47,908 nucleotides of DNA, taken from the IMG/VR virus record IMGVR_UViG_3300005837_000307, positions 1 to 47,908 of that record; one strand, given 5' to 3'. Both the position numbers and the translations under genes were made by a program. Positions 8,764-17,843 of this stretch are shown in pieces; the first letter of the stretch is position 1, and every line of letters begins with the position of its first letter. The notes beneath the pieces were generated by a model. It did no database searches, was not told the DNA's origin, and saw only the letters and a program-made list of their open reading frames with translations. The DNA is from a virus. Lineage: Duplodnaviria; Caudoviricetes.

Positions 8764-9720
8764 ATGAGTATGATTTACAAAGGTGAGGTTGTAGAAACCG
8801 AGCTGTCCAAAAATTCAAAGGGTGGTACCGAGATGATGCGCAAGCGTCTTCTCGATACTATTCAACCTGAATTATTAAAAGGTTATGCAATCCACTTTTC
8901 ACGTCCTAGGGATATTCCTGATGATGTGAAAAACATTTTGTACTGTCACGACTTAGCCGAAGATCCTGAAAACAAAATCTTAGTTGATAAAGGTTGGACC
9001 AAGTTCGACCATTTTGTTTTTGTGACCGCGTGGCAGCGTGATCAATACATTGCTTATTTTGGCATTCCGTATTCAAGGTGTTCAGTTATTCCTAACGCTA
9101 TTGAAAAACGGTATGAAGCAGAAGAAAAGAATACACAAACAATAAGATTCATTTATCATACTACTCCACATCGTGGTTTAGAACTTTTGGTACCAGCATT
9201 TGATGCCTTATCAAAAGAATATGATAACATTCATCTTGACGTGTATTCATCTTTCGGCATTTATGGTTGGCCTCAAAGAGATGAACCATATGCTAAGATC
9301 TTTAAACAAATTGAAGATCATCCAAAGATGACAAATCATGGTAATGTTTCTAATAAAGAAATAATTGAAGCATTGGATAGATCACACATTTTCTTATATC
9401 CTAATATTTGGAAAGAGACTTCGTGTATTGCGCTTATTGAAGCGATAAGATCTGGATTGATTTGTATCCATCCAAACTATGGTGCATTGCCAGAGACAGC
9501 GGCAGGTGCTACAGTTATGTATGACCACACTGAAGATCCAACCAAGCATGCTAGTATTGCTTATGCAGTTACTAAAAGTGTATTGGAAGCGCAAAAGAAC
9601 GATCCTCAATTCTTTAACAGGTTTACAAGGTCAGATAAATTCGGTCTTGTAGCCAATGACATTGACAGCTTTTCTAATCTATGGACTAAAATCCTCAGAG
9701 AAAAAGCTGCCAAAGAATAA
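8764..9720 (+). CDS. Glycosyltransferase, GT-B fold (GT4-like)
   Basis: GGTE near N-terminus, VIPNAI, Y.TTPHRGL, YP..W.ETSCI..IEA...G and GALPET. Confidence 0.85.
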   Translation: MSMIYKGEVVETELSKNSKGGTEMMRKRLLDTIQPELLKGYAIHFSRPRDIPDDVKNILYCHDLAEDPENKILVDKGWTKFDHFVFVTAWQRDQYIAYFGIPYSRCSVIPNAIEKRYEAEEKNTQTIRFIYHTTPHRGLELLVPAFDALSKEYDNIHLDVYSSFGIYGWPQRDEPYAKIFKQIEDHPKMTNHGNVSNKEIIEALDRSHIFLYPNIWKETSCIALIEAIRSGLICIHPNYGALPETAAGATVMYDHTEDPTKHASIAYAVTKSVLEAQKNDPQFFNRFTRSDKFGLVANDIDSFSNLWTKILREKAAKE

Positions 9721-9725
9721 AAAGG

Positions 9726-9754
9726 TTGACAATTGAATCTACATAGGTTATTAT
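9726..9754 (+). promoter_or_regulatory. Sigma70-type promoter upstream of rnh
   Basis: TTGACA-N17-TATTAT. Confidence 0.65.
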
Positions 9755-9787
9755 TATCTATGAAGATTAAATGAAACGGAAAATATT

Positions 9788-10648
9788 ATGGCTATTTTAG
9801 TAGACTACAATCAGGTTATCCTTGCGTCTTTATTTGCAAGTATTGGTAACCATACAGATGTGGCAGCCGATGAAAGTATCATTCGCCACATGTTTTTAAA
9901 CTCAATTCGATCAAACCGTAAGAAATTTACTGAAGAATACGGTGAAATCGTAGTTTGTTGCGACGGTAAAAACACGTGGCGCAAAGAAGCATATCCTTAC
10001 TACAAAGCAAATCGTAAAGCTGGTAGGGATAAATCAGGAATGGACTGGAACGCTTTATTCGAAATAATGAATAACATTCGTTCTGAAATTGATGAGTACT
10101 TTCCTTATAAAGTAATCCATATTGAACACTGTGAAGCTGATGATGTTATCGGTGCAGTTATTAATGAATATGGATCTGAATTGAATATTGGTTCTGAAAA
10201 GTTCTTGATTCTTTCAGCTGATAAAGACTTTATTCAATTACAAAAGTACGCAAACGTAGACCAGTACGATCCTATCCGTAAGCGTTGGATCCGGAATGAC
10301 TCACCCGTTAATTATCTCAATGAGCATATTCTAAAGGGTGACACCGGTGATGGTGTTCCAAACATTCTATCTCCAGATAATTGTTTGGCGGTTGGTGAGC
10401 GGCAAAGTCCTATGACTAAAAAGCGTTTGGCGCTTTATTCACAGGGTACTGAAGTAATGGATGAAGAAACAAAACGTCGATACCATCGTAATAAGATGAT
10501 GATTGATCTTTCTGAGATTCCACAAAAGTACGTAGATCTAGCTCTTGCTGAATATAATAAAGAAGAAAGTGTTGGTAGGGAACACCTATTTAATTTCTTT
10601 GTACAAAAGAAGTTGAAGCACTTAATAACAGACATACAGGACTTTTAA
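9788..10648 (+). CDS. rnh: T4-type RNase H / 5'-3' exonuclease
   Basis: LVD.NQ, WRK..YPYYKANRK, EADD.IG, ILSADKDFIQLQ, KGD.GDGVPNILS. Confidence 0.93.
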   Translation: MAILVDYNQVILASLFASIGNHTDVAADESIIRHMFLNSIRSNRKKFTEEYGEIVVCCDGKNTWRKEAYPYYKANRKAGRDKSGMDWNALFEIMNNIRSEIDEYFPYKVIHIEHCEADDVIGAVINEYGSELNIGSEKFLILSADKDFIQLQKYANVDQYDPIRKRWIRNDSPVNYLNEHILKGDTGDGVPNILSPDNCLAVGERQSPMTKKRLALYSQGTEVMDEETKRRYHRNKMMIDLSEIPQKYVDLALAEYNKEESVGREHLFNFFVQKKLKHLITDIQDF

Positions 10649-10649
10649 T

Positions 10650-11081
10650 ATGGCAGTACGAATATCAATTAGTGAAATCATTGTTGGAGCTGGTGAGCTT
10701 AAATCAGCTAAAGATAAGATAGCATTCCTTCAAAAACACGACAATGTGCCTTTGAGAACTATCATATCTTATACATATGACAGTAATATTAAATTCTTAA
10801 TACCCGATACTCCACCTCCGTGGAATGAAAATGAATATGAAGACGAGGCTAAATCACTGTTGTACTCAGAAGCTCGTCGTCTGAAAATTTTCATTGAGGG
10901 TGGCGGATATGACCATTTGAATCAGATCAAACGTGAGCAACTGTTTATTAGCTTGCTAGAAGATGTAGACAATGACGACGCGAAAGTGTTGGTTCAAATG
11001 ATATCTAAGAAGCCATTTAAAGGGTTGACGAGAAAAACAATCACGCAAGCTTTTCCAGGCTTGTTACCAGAAGAAGAATGA
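10650..11081 (+). CDS. Conserved hypothetical protein typical of the position after rnh in T4-like phages
   Basis: 143 aa; L..EARRL..F..GG...L...KRE.LFI.LLE motif. Confidence 0.75.
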   Translation: MAVRISISEIIVGAGELKSAKDKIAFLQKHDNVPLRTIISYTYDSNIKFLIPDTPPPWNENEYEDEAKSLLYSEARRLKIFIEGGGYDHLNQIKREQLFISLLEDVDNDDAKVLVQMISKKPFKGLTRKTITQAFPGLLPEEE

Positions 11082-11098
11082 TATAAGGGTAGATCAGC

Positions 11099-11302
11099 AT
11101 GAGTAAGAAGCGCATCAAAAAATTCCGAGATGCTTGGGAAGATGATGAGTGGGGTACTGACGACGATTACAAAACCAAGGGTAAGAACAAAGGCGGTAAG
11201 CAACGGGCTGTAAAAGAGGCTCGTCGTCAGAAGTTCTCGGACCGCTGGTACGACGAGAGTAACAATCTCAGGCGTAAAAAAAGCAAAAAAAGATCAAATT
11301 AA
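11099..11302 (+). CDS. Small, highly charged hypothetical protein
   Basis: K/R-rich 67-aa ORF ending within the promoter repeat. Confidence 0.6.
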   Translation: MSKKRIKKFRDAWEDDEWGTDDDYKTKGKNKGGKQRAVKEARRQKFSDRWYDESNNLRRKKSKKRSN

Positions 11303-11439
11303 ATGAAAAAAAGCCTTGACATTTGATCTCAAATGATATAGAATAGCTATATTAAATGAGAAAAGGAGTTAATTTTAAGCAATTTTTTTCAAATTAAATG
11401 AAAAAAACAGTTGACAAACGGTTCAAAATAGCTTATAAT
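11285..11439 (+). promoter_or_regulatory. Tandem pair of sigma70-type early promoters with a shared A-rich UP repeat
   Basis: TTGACA 11316/TAGAAT 11339 and TTGACA 11411/TATAAT 11434, both preceded by TCAAATTAAATGAAAAAAA. Confidence 0.85.
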
Positions 11440-11473
11440 TAACTTATAAATTGATTAAACAAGGAACTATATT

Positions 11474-11836
11474 ATGACTAAATTCGTCCAATTTGATAAA
11501 GCTACTCTTAATGCACTTCGTTCAGAAATGCAGTCAGTAATGGATAAGTATGCTGTTAAAGCTAACTTAGATATTAACGTTGGTAACATGCGTTATTCAG
11601 ATGCTGAAGTTACTATTAAGGTTGAAGCCAAGATTAAAGGTGCAACAACACGTACTGATCAAATCCTTGAGATGATGATGAAGACCAATGATTTGAAAGC
11701 TACCAACTCTAATGGTGACCAACTTACTGGTTACAATTCAAGAGCTAAAGCTTATCCTTACCAATACACTTGTGGAACAACTGGTAAGCGTTACAAGTGT
11801 TCTCTTCAGCAAGCTAAGTATAAGTTCTCAGCATAA
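11474..11836 (+). CDS. Early hypothetical protein
   Basis: AAGGA SD, bounded by a promoter and a terminator. Confidence 0.8.
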   Translation: MTKFVQFDKATLNALRSEMQSVMDKYAVKANLDINVGNMRYSDAEVTIKVEAKIKGATTRTDQILEMMMKTNDLKATNSNGDQLTGYNSRAKAYPYQYTCGTTGKRYKCSLQQAKYKFSA

Positions 11837-11845
11837 CTAAATCGG

Positions 11846-11882
11846 AAAGGGGGTTGACATTCAACCCCTTTTTTGTTATAAT
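11846..11882 (+). terminator. Intrinsic terminator overlapping a sigma70 promoter
   Basis: AGGGGTTGA-cat-TCAACCCCT stem with T-run; TTGACA 11854-11859, N17, TATAAT 11877-11882. Confidence 0.85.
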
Positions 11883-11910
11883 AGTTATGAATTAAATAAC
11901 AAAGAAAAGT

Positions 11911-12504
11911 ATGAATATGAGTTTAAGTGAAAAAGTAATATTAACCGACGTCGATGGAGTTCTACTCGATTGGCTTTTTTCATTCACACAATGGATGGAT
12001 AAACACGGTTACGAAACAGTCCCAGGAGCTGATCAAGAATATGATGTAACAAAACGTTACGGATTAGATCACATTGAAAAAGAACGTTTAGTTCGTATGT
12101 TTAATGAGTCTGCCTGGATACGTTGTCTGCCTCCTTTACGTGATACTATTAAGTATATGAAAAAGCTTCACGAGGATCACGGATATGTCTTCAGAGTAAT
12201 CAGCTCTTTGAGTAATGATTACTATGCACAACATCTAAGAACAAAGAATCTAATTGAAATGTTTGGACCAAGTGTTTTCGACACGTTTGTTTACTTAGAT
12301 ACTGGTGCTGATAAAGATGAAGCATTAGAACAATACCGTGGATCAGGATGTTGGTGGATCGAAGATAAGCCAGAAAACGCTGATCTCGGAGCAAGCATTG
12401 GTCTTGAATCTATTTTAATGGGCCACCAATTCAATGCTGACTATAAAGGTCCTGCTCAGCGAGTCATGAATTGGAAAGAAATTTATGAAATAATTGTCGG
12501 ATAA
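11911..12504 (+). CDS. HAD-family phosphatase / 5'-nucleotidase (T4 gp30.2-like)
   Basis: ILTDVDGVLLDW motif I; WIEDKPEN...G...GL motif IV. Confidence 0.85.
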   Translation: MNMSLSEKVILTDVDGVLLDWLFSFTQWMDKHGYETVPGADQEYDVTKRYGLDHIEKERLVRMFNESAWIRCLPPLRDTIKYMKKLHEDHGYVFRVISSLSNDYYAQHLRTKNLIEMFGPSVFDTFVYLDTGADKDEALEQYRGSGCWWIEDKPENADLGASIGLESILMGHQFNADYKGPAQRVMNWKEIYEIIVG

Positions 12505-12527
12505 TGCCCATCTGAGTGTATTACGAT

Positions 12528-12535
12528 TATAAATA
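12528..12535 (+). promoter_or_regulatory. T4-type late promoter
   Basis: Exact intergenic TATAAATA, at the apex of an inverted repeat. Confidence 0.65.
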
Positions 12536-12569
12536 TAATCAAATAATACACATAAAGCACGTTCATTGA

Positions 12570-12604
12570 AAGGCTGACTATATGTATTATAGTTGGCTTT
12601 TTTT
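12570..12604 (+). terminator. Intrinsic terminator
   Basis: AAGGCTGACTATA/TATAGTTGGCTTT stem (with G-U pairs) followed by a T-run. Confidence 0.7.
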
Positions 12605-12627
12605 ATATTATTAGAAAAGGAGAATGT

Positions 12628-12870
12628 ATGCCCATATATACATTTGCAGACACAACAAAAGAACCAGAAGAATTCATGGAAATCACCATGAAGATCGCAG
12701 AGCTAGATCAGTTCAAGCTCGACAATCCCCATTTACAACAAAGAATTGTACGGCCTCCATCACTTGGAGACTCGCACCGTCTTGGGCGTCAAAAGCCCGA
12801 TGACGGTTTTCGTGATGTTCTTAAAAATATTAAACACCATCATAAAAAGGATAACATCAATACTTGGTAA
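12628..12870 (+). CDS. FmdB-like small protein typical upstream of phage phoH
   Basis: MPIYTF.D, F..DNPHL.Q, KPDDGFRDVL..IK..H. Confidence 0.75.
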   Translation: MPIYTFADTTKEPEEFMEITMKIAELDQFKLDNPHLQQRIVRPPSLGDSHRLGRQKPDDGFRDVLKNIKHHHKKDNINTW

Positions 12871-12923
12871 AAAATTAGATAATGCGTTGATAACGTTATC
12901 CTACTAACAACTAGGAGAGTTCA

Positions 12924-13673
12924 ATGGCAAAACAGCGAAGATTATCCCGCAGAGAGAAAAACAGACAACACCGAGAACAGGAGCATATGGTAAGCATCTT
13001 AAATCAAAACTTTGGTATGAGACAAATAACCCCATTAACACCAACTCAGGAGGAAATGTTTACATCTTATAAATCGGGATCTAATATCGCGGCCATCGGA
13101 ACAGCAGGTACAGGAAAAACGATGTGTGCTATGTATTTAGCACTAAACGACGTACTGAAAAAAGGAGGATATGAACAAATCATCGTAGTTAGATCTGCAG
13201 TTCAGACGCGCGAGCAAGGCTTCATGCCTGGAAGTAAAGAGCAAAAAGAGGCACTGTATTCAGTACCTTATGCTGACATCGTCAACGACTTATTTGGTCG
13301 AGGAGATGCTTATCAAATACTTCAACAAAAAGGCATGATCAAGTTTATGACGTCCTCATTCGTCAGAGGATTAACATTCGACAACGCAGTTATTATTGTA
13401 GACGAATGTCAATCTATGACATACCACGAATTAGATACGATTATCACACGAGTAGGAGAATCGTCCAAGATCGTATTTTGCGGAGACACAAGACAAGATG
13501 ACTTAGCGACATCGAGGAATCGAGCTGATGTTTCCGGTCTCAGGGATTTTTTACAAGTAATCCAAAAAGTGGATAGTTTTGACACTATCACATTTACTCC
13601 TGACGACATAGTCAGGTCGGGTCTCGTAAAAGAATATATATTAGCAAAGGAACGCTTACAATTAGCGGCTTAG
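12924..13673 (+). CDS. phoH: PhoH-family ATPase
   Basis: G.AGTGKT Walker A, RS.V..R..GF.PG, F.RG.TFDN..IIVDECQ, GD..Q.DL, DIVRSGLVK.Y. Confidence 0.95.
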   Translation: MAKQRRLSRREKNRQHREQEHMVSILNQNFGMRQITPLTPTQEEMFTSYKSGSNIAAIGTAGTGKTMCAMYLALNDVLKKGGYEQIIVVRSAVQTREQGFMPGSKEQKEALYSVPYADIVNDLFGRGDAYQILQQKGMIKFMTSSFVRGLTFDNAVIIVDECQSMTYHELDTIITRVGESSKIVFCGDTRQDDLATSRNRADVSGLRDFLQVIQKVDSFDTITFTPDDIVRSGLVKEYILAKERLQLAA

Positions 13674-13688
13674 CTAATTAACTAACAG

Positions 13689-13716
13689 AGAATGGCCTTC
13701 GGGCCATTCTTACTTT
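13689..13716 (+). terminator. cUUCGg hairpin (weak terminator or RNA-stabilising stem)
   Basis: AGAATGGCC-TTCG-GGCCATTCT with an interrupted T tail. Confidence 0.65.
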
Positions 13717-13730
13717 AAGAGGATAGAACA

Positions 13731-14030
13731 ATGTTGCCAATGGCTCGAGTAGGAATAGATTCACATTTAGGACACGCCAGTCCAACTGGCAACCCATTCC
13801 ATAAAACACCTTATGTATCGTCAGCACAAGGAAGAGTTTTCGTTAACGGATCTCTTGCAGTAACGATTGGCGGTGCTACAGCATGCGGTGATATCGCAGT
13901 AACTGGTTCATCAAGAGTTTTTGCTGGCGGAGTTCCAGTACACCGAGTATTAGATGCGACATCAGGTCATGGATCATGGTTACCGAACGTATGCGCTTCA
14001 GGCTCGTTTACGTGTTTAGCCGGAGGATAA
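13731..14030 (+). CDS. PAAR-repeat spike tip protein (T4 gp5.4-like)
   Basis: MARVG.D...GH, VFVNG, CG......GSSRVF.GG.PV.R..D...GH. Confidence 0.88.
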   Translation: MLPMARVGIDSHLGHASPTGNPFHKTPYVSSAQGRVFVNGSLAVTIGGATACGDIAVTGSSRVFAGGVPVHRVLDATSGHGSWLPNVCASGSFTCLAGG

Positions 14031-14031
14031 C

Positions 14032-14469
14032 ATGGCTAAACCAGATTACGCTGCACTATTTGCTCAAATAGCGATAGAAACAGATCCTGCTGTTAAAGCG
14101 GATCTACAGACGCAAGCGTATACATTTACTCCACCTGATCCATTACCCGAAGGTGAGACAGTAGATGACTACTTACTTACACCAGCAGAAATAGAATTAT
14201 TCAATTTTACAGTAGATGATTATGTAGAAGATAATCCAGGATATGTACAAGCAGCGCCAGGAATAACATACACTCATTCACATAGGTTTGTAGAACCAAA
14301 TTACGTTGCAGCCGGTTATATAAATATAGAATATCCGGCGGACTACAGTTATGTTGTGGAAGGCTATTTAGAAGAAAATTATATAAATATTGAGATACCA
14401 CCAGACGCCGTAACAGGCTTTATTGCATACGTGGGTCAATATTACAACGATCAAGGGGATACGACATAA
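14032..14469 (+). CDS. Acidic Tyr-rich hypothetical protein, probably virion-associated
   Basis: Between PAAR and fibre genes; repeated YV..xY(V/I) motifs. Confidence 0.7.
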   Translation: MAKPDYAALFAQIAIETDPAVKADLQTQAYTFTPPDPLPEGETVDDYLLTPAEIELFNFTVDDYVEDNPGYVQAAPGITYTHSHRFVEPNYVAAGYINIEYPADYSYVVEGYLEENYINIEIPPDAVTGFIAYVGQYYNDQGDTT

Positions 14470-16460
14470 TGGCAATTACAAAACGGGGTGACAAAGGATC
14501 TGCCCTAACATATGCCGAAATGGACGATAACTTCGATGCTATCGCTCCACGTACTAGTGATACAGGTTCAATTGAAGTTCCAGCAGGCACAACTGGTGAA
14601 AGAGACAGTACACCGGTTGATGGATATTTAAGATACAACACGAGTCTTAACTCTTTCGAAGGCTATCAAAACGGTTCTTGGGGAAGCCTAGGATCTGGCG
14701 GTGGTGGAGGCGGTGGCGGTGACGTCAACCAAAATGCTTTCAGTATTGTAACAGTAGCAGGACAAGCAAGTGTTTCAGCCGACTCAGCAACAGATACTTT
14801 AGAACTTATTGCCGGTTCAAATATTACCCTTACAACAAATTCAGGAAACGACAGCGTGACTATTAACGCTGCCGGAATAACACAAGATTTCGCATACTCA
14901 AGCCTAACAGGCGTACCATCATCTTTCCCACCAAGTTCTCATAACCAAGATTGGTCTACTATTCAAAATACACCAACTACATTAGCTGGTTATGGAATTA
15001 CTGATGGCGGTGGAAGCGCAGCTCAAGGTATTCAAGGTTTCACTGGTGCTGGCGGAAATCCAGGCGCTCAAGGAACAACTGGTGCACAAGGTACAAATGG
15101 TATTGGTATTGCTGGTAACCAAGGCGTTCAAGGTCCTGCCGGTGGCGGCGGAGGCGGTGGTGGACTCCAAGGTCTTCAAGGTTTGCAAGGTGTTACTGGA
15201 GCTGGTATTCAAGGTCTTACAGGAAGCAGCGGATCAGGCTCGCAGGGTGTTCAAGGTACTACAGGATTACAAGGACAAGCAGGTGATGAAGGTGATCCTG
15301 GCGATATCGGTATTCAAGGTATTCAAGGACCATCTGCTCCAGCGGGAGCTACGGTTCAAGGTGTTCAAGGTAATGATGGCCCAGAAGGTCCAGCGGGTTT
15401 TGGATTGCAGGGTGCCCAAGGTGTTAGCGGCACGGGCATTCAAGGTCTTCAAGGTGACACTGGTCCAGCTGGATTCGGTATGCAAGGCTACCAAGGAACA
15501 CAAGGTTTAATTGGTCCAGGCGGAACTGGTCCACAGGGTGTACAAGGTCTAGATGCCGCAGGTGCTCAAGGACCACAAGGTACAGAAGGTGGCGATGGCC
15601 CACTAGGTAATCAGGGTATTCAAGGACCATCAGGTTCTGTTCAAGGTATTCAAGGTCCTATTGGTATAGGTGATACTGGTGCACAGGGAACAACAGGTGC
15701 TGGGCTACAAGGTTCTGATGGTACTATAGGATTACAAGGCCCACAAGGTATTCAAGGCTCGAGTATTCAAGGGCTTCAAGGAGAAGCTGTTCCAGGACCA
15801 AATGGTTTGCAAGGTGCAAGTGGTTTCCAAGGAGCAACTGGTATCGGTGCTACAGGAGCTCAAGGTCTTCAAGGTGTGCAAGGTCCTGAATCAGCTCAGG
15901 GTGTTGCTGGTATCGGTGATCCGGGCATTCAAGGTGTGCAAGGATTCGATGGCTTACAAGGTTTACAAGGACCAGATAATGGAATCGTTTATACCGATCT
16001 TTCTGTTACTACGGGTGCACCAACTCCTGGAGGCTCACTAAGTTATTCATCAGTAAACGGTGAATTTAGTTTCTCTCCTCACTTTGATGGGGCGCTCCAA
16101 AATAACTTAGATACTAATAACTATAAGATAACAGGCGACAGTAGCAACCCATTAACTATAGAGTGGCTCCTCTCCTCGAGTCCAATGGCGCAAATTGAAC
16201 TTGGCGGAAACACAAGTAGGGAAACTATCTCGCTGTTAACAGAAGGCAGTGGCGGTAGTGTTACTGATGGTGTTACTATTACCGGTGGTAGTATAGGTAG
16301 TGCTCGCCGTATTACAGTAGAAAATCTTCCATTTAGATTTGCTAATATGAGCTCCACAGATCGAGGGTCGTTCCAAGCACAACCTGGTATGGTAATATTT
16401 AATACGACTACTCAAAAGCTCGAAGTATATACTGGTTTCACGTGGGAAGCATTGCACTAA
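14469..16460 (+). CDS. Collagen-like fibre/whisker protein
   Basis: N-terminal KR..KGS.LT..E.D.NF and P.GTT.ER.....G.LRYN......FEGY fibre motifs; about 320 aa of interrupted Gly-X-Y; C-terminal G..IFNTTT.KLEVY.G..W. Confidence 0.85.
   Translation: MAITKRGDKGSALTYAEMDDNFDAIAPRTSDTGSIEVPAGTTGERDSTPVDGYLRYNTSLNSFEGYQNGSWGSLGSGGGGGGGGDVNQNAFSIVTVAGQASVSADSATDTLELIAGSNITLTTNSGNDSVTINAAGITQDFAYSSLTGVPSSFPPSSHNQDWSTIQNTPTTLAGYGITDGGGSAAQGIQGFTGAGGNPGAQGTTGAQGTNGIGIAGNQGVQGPAGGGGGGGGLQGLQGLQGVTGAGIQGLTGSSGSGSQGVQGTTGLQGQAGDEGDPGDIGIQGIQGPSAPAGATVQGVQGNDGPEGPAGFGLQGAQGVSGTGIQGLQGDTGPAGFGMQGYQGTQGLIGPGGTGPQGVQGLDAAGAQGPQGTEGGDGPLGNQGIQGPSGSVQGIQGPIGIGDTGAQGTTGAGLQGSDGTIGLQGPQGIQGSSIQGLQGEAVPGPNGLQGASGFQGATGIGATGAQGLQGVQGPESAQGVAGIGDPGIQGVQGFDGLQGLQGPDNGIVYTDLSVTTGAPTPGGSLSYSSVNGEFSFSPHFDGALQNNLDTNNYKITGDSSNPLTIEWLLSSSPMAQIELGGNTSRETISLLTEGSGGSVTDGVTITGGSIGSARRITVENLPFRFANMSSTDRGSFQAQPGMVIFNTTTQKLEVYTGFTWEALH
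15020..15975 (+). repeat. Low-complexity collagen-coding repeat (CAAGGT-rich)
   Basis: Many CAAGG(T/A/C) units encoding Gln-Gly. Confidence 0.85.
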
Positions 16461-16508
16461 ACGTTTCATAAGCTATACATTGTACATTATATGAAACAAA
16501 ATTAACTG

Positions 16509-16537
16509 TTGACATTTCGCTTCTCTTTTGTTATAAT
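16509..16537 (+). promoter_or_regulatory. Sigma70-type promoter
   Basis: TTGACA-N17-TATAAT with extended TG. Confidence 0.85.
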
Positions 16538-16568
16538 CTGTAATATATGAAAAAAATGAGGCTATATT

Positions 16569-17237
16569 ATGTTTACTCACGTCGATCACGGCATCGAGTT
16601 ACCAACTTTAACGCGTAAGACCACTGAAGCAGGTCGTAGATATTTTACTCCTGACGGCAACGCGTATCCATCAATCACTACAGTTTTAGGAATACTTTCT
16701 AAGGAAGGTATTCTCGCTTGGCGAGCTCGGGTTGGCGAAGAAGAAGCCAATAGAATATCAAGACAAGCTGCTACACGTGGAACTGCTGTTCACAAACTTG
16801 CTGAAGATTATATCAACAACGAAGAAGATTGGAAAGGTAAACAAATGCCTGCTAATCTCAACACATTTAATGATTTAAGAAAGATCATAGATGGTCGTTT
16901 AGATAATGTATGGATGCAAGAATCTTTCCTATACAGTGACAAACTCAAAACGGCAGGTCAAGTTGACTGTATCGCCGAATATGATGGTGTTCTATCCATT
17001 ATCGATTTTAAAACCTCTCGTAAACCAAAGAAAGAAGAATGGATTGAAGGTTACTTCATTCAAGCATGCTTCTATGCTGCAGCGTTCCTTGAAAGAACTG
17101 GTGTAGCAATCAAACAAGCGGTAATTCTTATAGCCGTTGACGACCACGAACCGCAAGTATTTAAAGTCAACACTTTTGATTATTTAGAACACTTCTTATC
17201 AGTAAGAAGGAAATACAAAGAAATGTATAAAGTATAG
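16569..17237 (+). CDS. PD-(D/E)XK exonuclease (Cas4/RecB-like) of T4-like phages
   Basis: YPSITTVL, W..RVG, RGT.VH, AG.VDCIAEYDG.LSIIDFKTS, Y..Q...YA. Confidence 0.9.
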   Translation: MFTHVDHGIELPTLTRKTTEAGRRYFTPDGNAYPSITTVLGILSKEGILAWRARVGEEEANRISRQAATRGTAVHKLAEDYINNEEDWKGKQMPANLNTFNDLRKIIDGRLDNVWMQESFLYSDKLKTAGQVDCIAEYDGVLSIIDFKTSRKPKKEEWIEGYFIQACFYAAAFLERTGVAIKQAVILIAVDDHEPQVFKVNTFDYLEHFLSVRRKYKEMYKV

Positions 17238-17266
17238 TTGACATTTGATCTAAAATGATGTATAAT
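17238..17266 (+). promoter_or_regulatory. Sigma70-type early promoter
   Basis: TTGACA-N17-TATAAT. Confidence 0.85.
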
Positions 17267-17300
17267 GGTTAGTATATCGACTTAATTAAGGAATCAAGTT

Positions 17301-17606
17301 ATGAGTAAATGGAGACATCAAGAAAAGGTTGAAAAACGAAATTACGATCTTGAAGCTCGTAATCTAATTAAACCATTATCAATGGGTCAATTGTATGAGC
17401 TATACGGTGTGGTACAAAAGGAGAAGCAAAAGTCTAATAGACCAGAGCGAGACCTTGAACTGGCTGCCGTTAAAAAAGCTATTGAAGCTACACGAGGTAT
17501 AGATCAGTACAAATTGAATTTCATACTGAATGGTTATAAAAGCGAAATGGCTCAAAATGGCAGACCCCAAGATGGTGCCAAAAAGCCGTGGAGGAAACAG
17601 TCATGA
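17301..17606 (+). CDS. Hypothetical protein
   Basis: AAGGA SD after the promoter; 101 aa. Confidence 0.75.
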   Translation: MSKWRHQEKVEKRNYDLEARNLIKPLSMGQLYELYGVVQKEKQKSNRPERDLELAAVKKAIEATRGIDQYKLNFILNGYKSEMAQNGRPQDGAKKPWRKQS

Positions 17607-17842
17607 TCTACATGGCTACAATGCCTACTTCGTACGGATCTAATGATCCTCATATCGAGGACTTAGCTTTAGAACATGGTTGTACTTGTACTGTTGCTAA
17701 GATAGCCGAAGGTCCAGATGCCGGCAGAGAATGTTACGTGTTTAGATCAAAAGATTATAATGTAGTAGCAAGTGTACTTACTGAGATAATTGGTACTGAT
17801 CTAGACGAAGAATTTCTTAAAACCGCTATATTAGAGGTATAA
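17603..17842 (+). CDS. Hypothetical protein
   Basis: GGAGG SD and ATGA overlap support a start at 17603. Confidence 0.7.
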   Translation: MIYMATMPTSYGSNDPHIEDLALEHGCTCTVAKIAEGPDAGRECYVFRSKDYNVVASVLTEIIGTDLDEEFLKTAILEV

Positions 17843-17843
17843 T

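Noticed and set aside
12871-12923. Possible Pho box upstream of phoH; palindrome GATAACGTTATC at 12889-12900
   Set aside because: No CTGTCAT-type 11-bp direct repeats; a single 12-bp palindrome can occur by chance in 48 kb
14469-16460. Fibre considered as a diversity-generating retroelement target
   Set aside because: No reverse transcriptase and no template/variable repeat pair seen in the window
14982-16469. Several alternative-frame and antisense ORFs over the collagen gene (e.g. 14992..15510)
   Set aside because: They are shadows of the stop-poor CAAGGT repeat, with no RBS or recognisable motifs
16569-17237. Cas4-like nuclease as evidence of a CRISPR system
   Set aside because: It is a stand-alone exonuclease typical of T4-like phages, with no array or other cas genes
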